A stretch of DNA of 54,185 bases, counting the filler, from Streblomastix strix (Eukaryota), in NCBI GenBank assembly GCA_008636045.1. It is 2 parts of 2 records of this genome, joined end to end, with 100 filler letters (N's around TTAATTAATTAA, not from the genome) between each part and the next. Parts side by side here need not be neighbours in the genome. Positions count along the whole stretch, not along the records: positions 27,196 to 54,185 come from SNRW01000152.1; 1 more part is not named here. One strand, given 5' to 3'. The notes beneath the pieces were generated by a model that was given only the letters and a program-made list of their open reading frames with translations, had not been told where the DNA came from and did not search any database. The first letter of the stretch is position 1, and the number at the start of each line of letters is the position of its first letter. Shown here piece after piece: positions 52,423 to 54,185 of this stretch. The position numbers and the translations under genes are program-made.

Positions 52423-54185
52423 TCATATTCTTAACTTAACCAAATCCGCAACATTAGCTCCCTCAAATACTTTTAAAGCCTTCTTTGCCTTTTCAGCTAT
52501 TCCTTCTGGAGTGAATCCGAAGTGCTTATACACTTCCTTATCTGGAGCAGATACCCCAAAAGTGTCAATCCCCATTGTTACATGAGCGAATTCATACCAA
52601 CTTATTGTGTCACCAGCTTCAACAGATAAGATTAGAGAAGGTTGTCGATGTGGTCCTGATTGAGTACCAAGGACTTAGCTTCTGTATTCAGCTGGTTGTT
52701 CACGGAAGAGTTCAAGACAAGGTGCTGATACAACACGAACACGGAGTTATGCATCACTCTTGGATAGTAATTGAGCAGCTGCAATACTTAAATGAACTTC
52801 TGATCCAGTTGATATGATTGTGAGAATTTTACTCCATTTCTGCTCTTATTCAACTTATCCATCAATTGTCTCTCCTTCTTTAGGAGATGCAGTATCAAAT
52901 ATTACATATGCACCTTTCTTAACATTTATAGCTTTGCTTCCTGGTAATTAAGGAAGAGCCTAACGAGATAGTGCGAGTGCAGTTGGATGCGCAAAACCAT
53001 CAACAGCAGCAAAATAAGCTCCAGTTGTCTCATTTCCATCAGCTGGACGGATGACGTTGATGTTTGGAAGACTTCTCAATTGAGTGAGTGTTTCTATTGG
53101 TTGATGTGTTGGTCCATCTTCACCGACACCAATTGAATCATGAGTGAGTACATATATAACACGAAGATGCGATATAGCTGCTATTCTGATGGCTCCAAGA
53201 CCATAAGGAGCAAATACTAAGAATGTTGATACATATGGAATAAGACTAGGGTTGAATGCTGCTATTCCATTGGCTATTGCAAACATTGCATGTTCTCTAA
53301 CTCCAAATGCTATATTCCTTCCTGTGTAATCACCTGCTTTAATGTATGGTGATCCTTTCACTGTAGCTAATGTTGATCCAAGTACATCAGCAGCACCTCC
53401 AATTATAGTAGGAAGTTCTTTAGACAGAGCTGTGAATACTGTTTCACTGCTCTTTCTTGTGGCTTCAGCCTTATCTTCTTATTTATAATGAGGAAGTCTA
53501 TCTAATAATCCAGATGGTAGTGTTGGAGGTTATCCAATGAAAGTTGGGATTGGAGATCCACTTGCTGGTTTGATTGGCAAGAAATGATCATTCAATTCTT
53601 TGAATTCACTGGGGAACTGCTTTGAGTAACGAGTGAACAGATCATTCCAAGCCTTTCTTACTTCTTGAGAACGTTAATGAGCAGTTCTTTGATAATATTT
53701 CTCAACTTAGTCTGGCATATAAAACTTCTTATTTGGATCAAACCCCCATTATTCTTTCATTCTAACAATCTCAGCATCGCCCAATGGAGTTCCATGAGCT
53801 TTGTTCTAACCAGCTACTTTTGATCCATATCCAATGGTAGTCCTGACACTGATGAATTGAGGCTTATTTATTCCTTCTTACCTCCCATGATCCTTGGCTT
53901 AATCTATTGAATCATGAATAGATCTGAAGTCAGTGTCTCCATTCTCTACTTCATGAACTTCCCATCCATATGCTTCAAATCTCTTCTTCACATCTTCATT
54001 GAATGCTAAACTTGTTGGACCATCTATTTGAATCTTATTGTTGTCATATAATACAACAAGATTTCCTAATCCAAGAGTACCTGCCAATGAACATGCTTCT
54101 GATGCTACTCCTTCTTGCATACATCCATTTCCGCATATAACATATATTGTACTATCAAATATAGAGAAACCTGGTTTGTTGAACT
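52423..54185 (-). CDS. TKT: Transketolase (5' end beyond window)
   Basis: MQEG...YDNNKIQIDG, HGTPLG, GGAADV, FGVREHAM, THDSIGVGEDGPTHQPIE, RPADGNET, TGSEV, GIDTFGVSAP; no intron seen; TGA 52423-52425. Confidence 0.97.

Overview
AT-rich eukaryotic genomic DNA using a non-standard genetic code (TAA/TAG = Gln, only TGA = stop), so the supplied standard-code ORF track is largely misleading. The code, short AT-rich introns and gene content fit an oxymonad such as Streblomastix strix (inference). The window is two probably unrelated ~27 kb contigs joined by an artificial linker (27096-27195). Contig 1 carries a decayed DIRS1-type tyrosine-recombinase retrotransposon, a large TmcB/TmcC-like multi-pass membrane protein ending in a cytoplasmic hemerythrin-like domain (the most interesting item), a pogo-like DD35D transposon with ~400 bp TIRs, a PPPDE/DeSI peptidase and a long Polo-box protein. 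Contig 2 starts with a ~15 kb graveyard of Tc1/mariner/pogo relics, HNH endonuclease relics, a USP Cys-box fragment, an old duplication and a MITE, followed by V-ATPase subunit d, a helical hypothetical protein, an RRM/PABC protein and transketolase. All translations and alignments were done by eye; boundaries of decayed elements are approximate.
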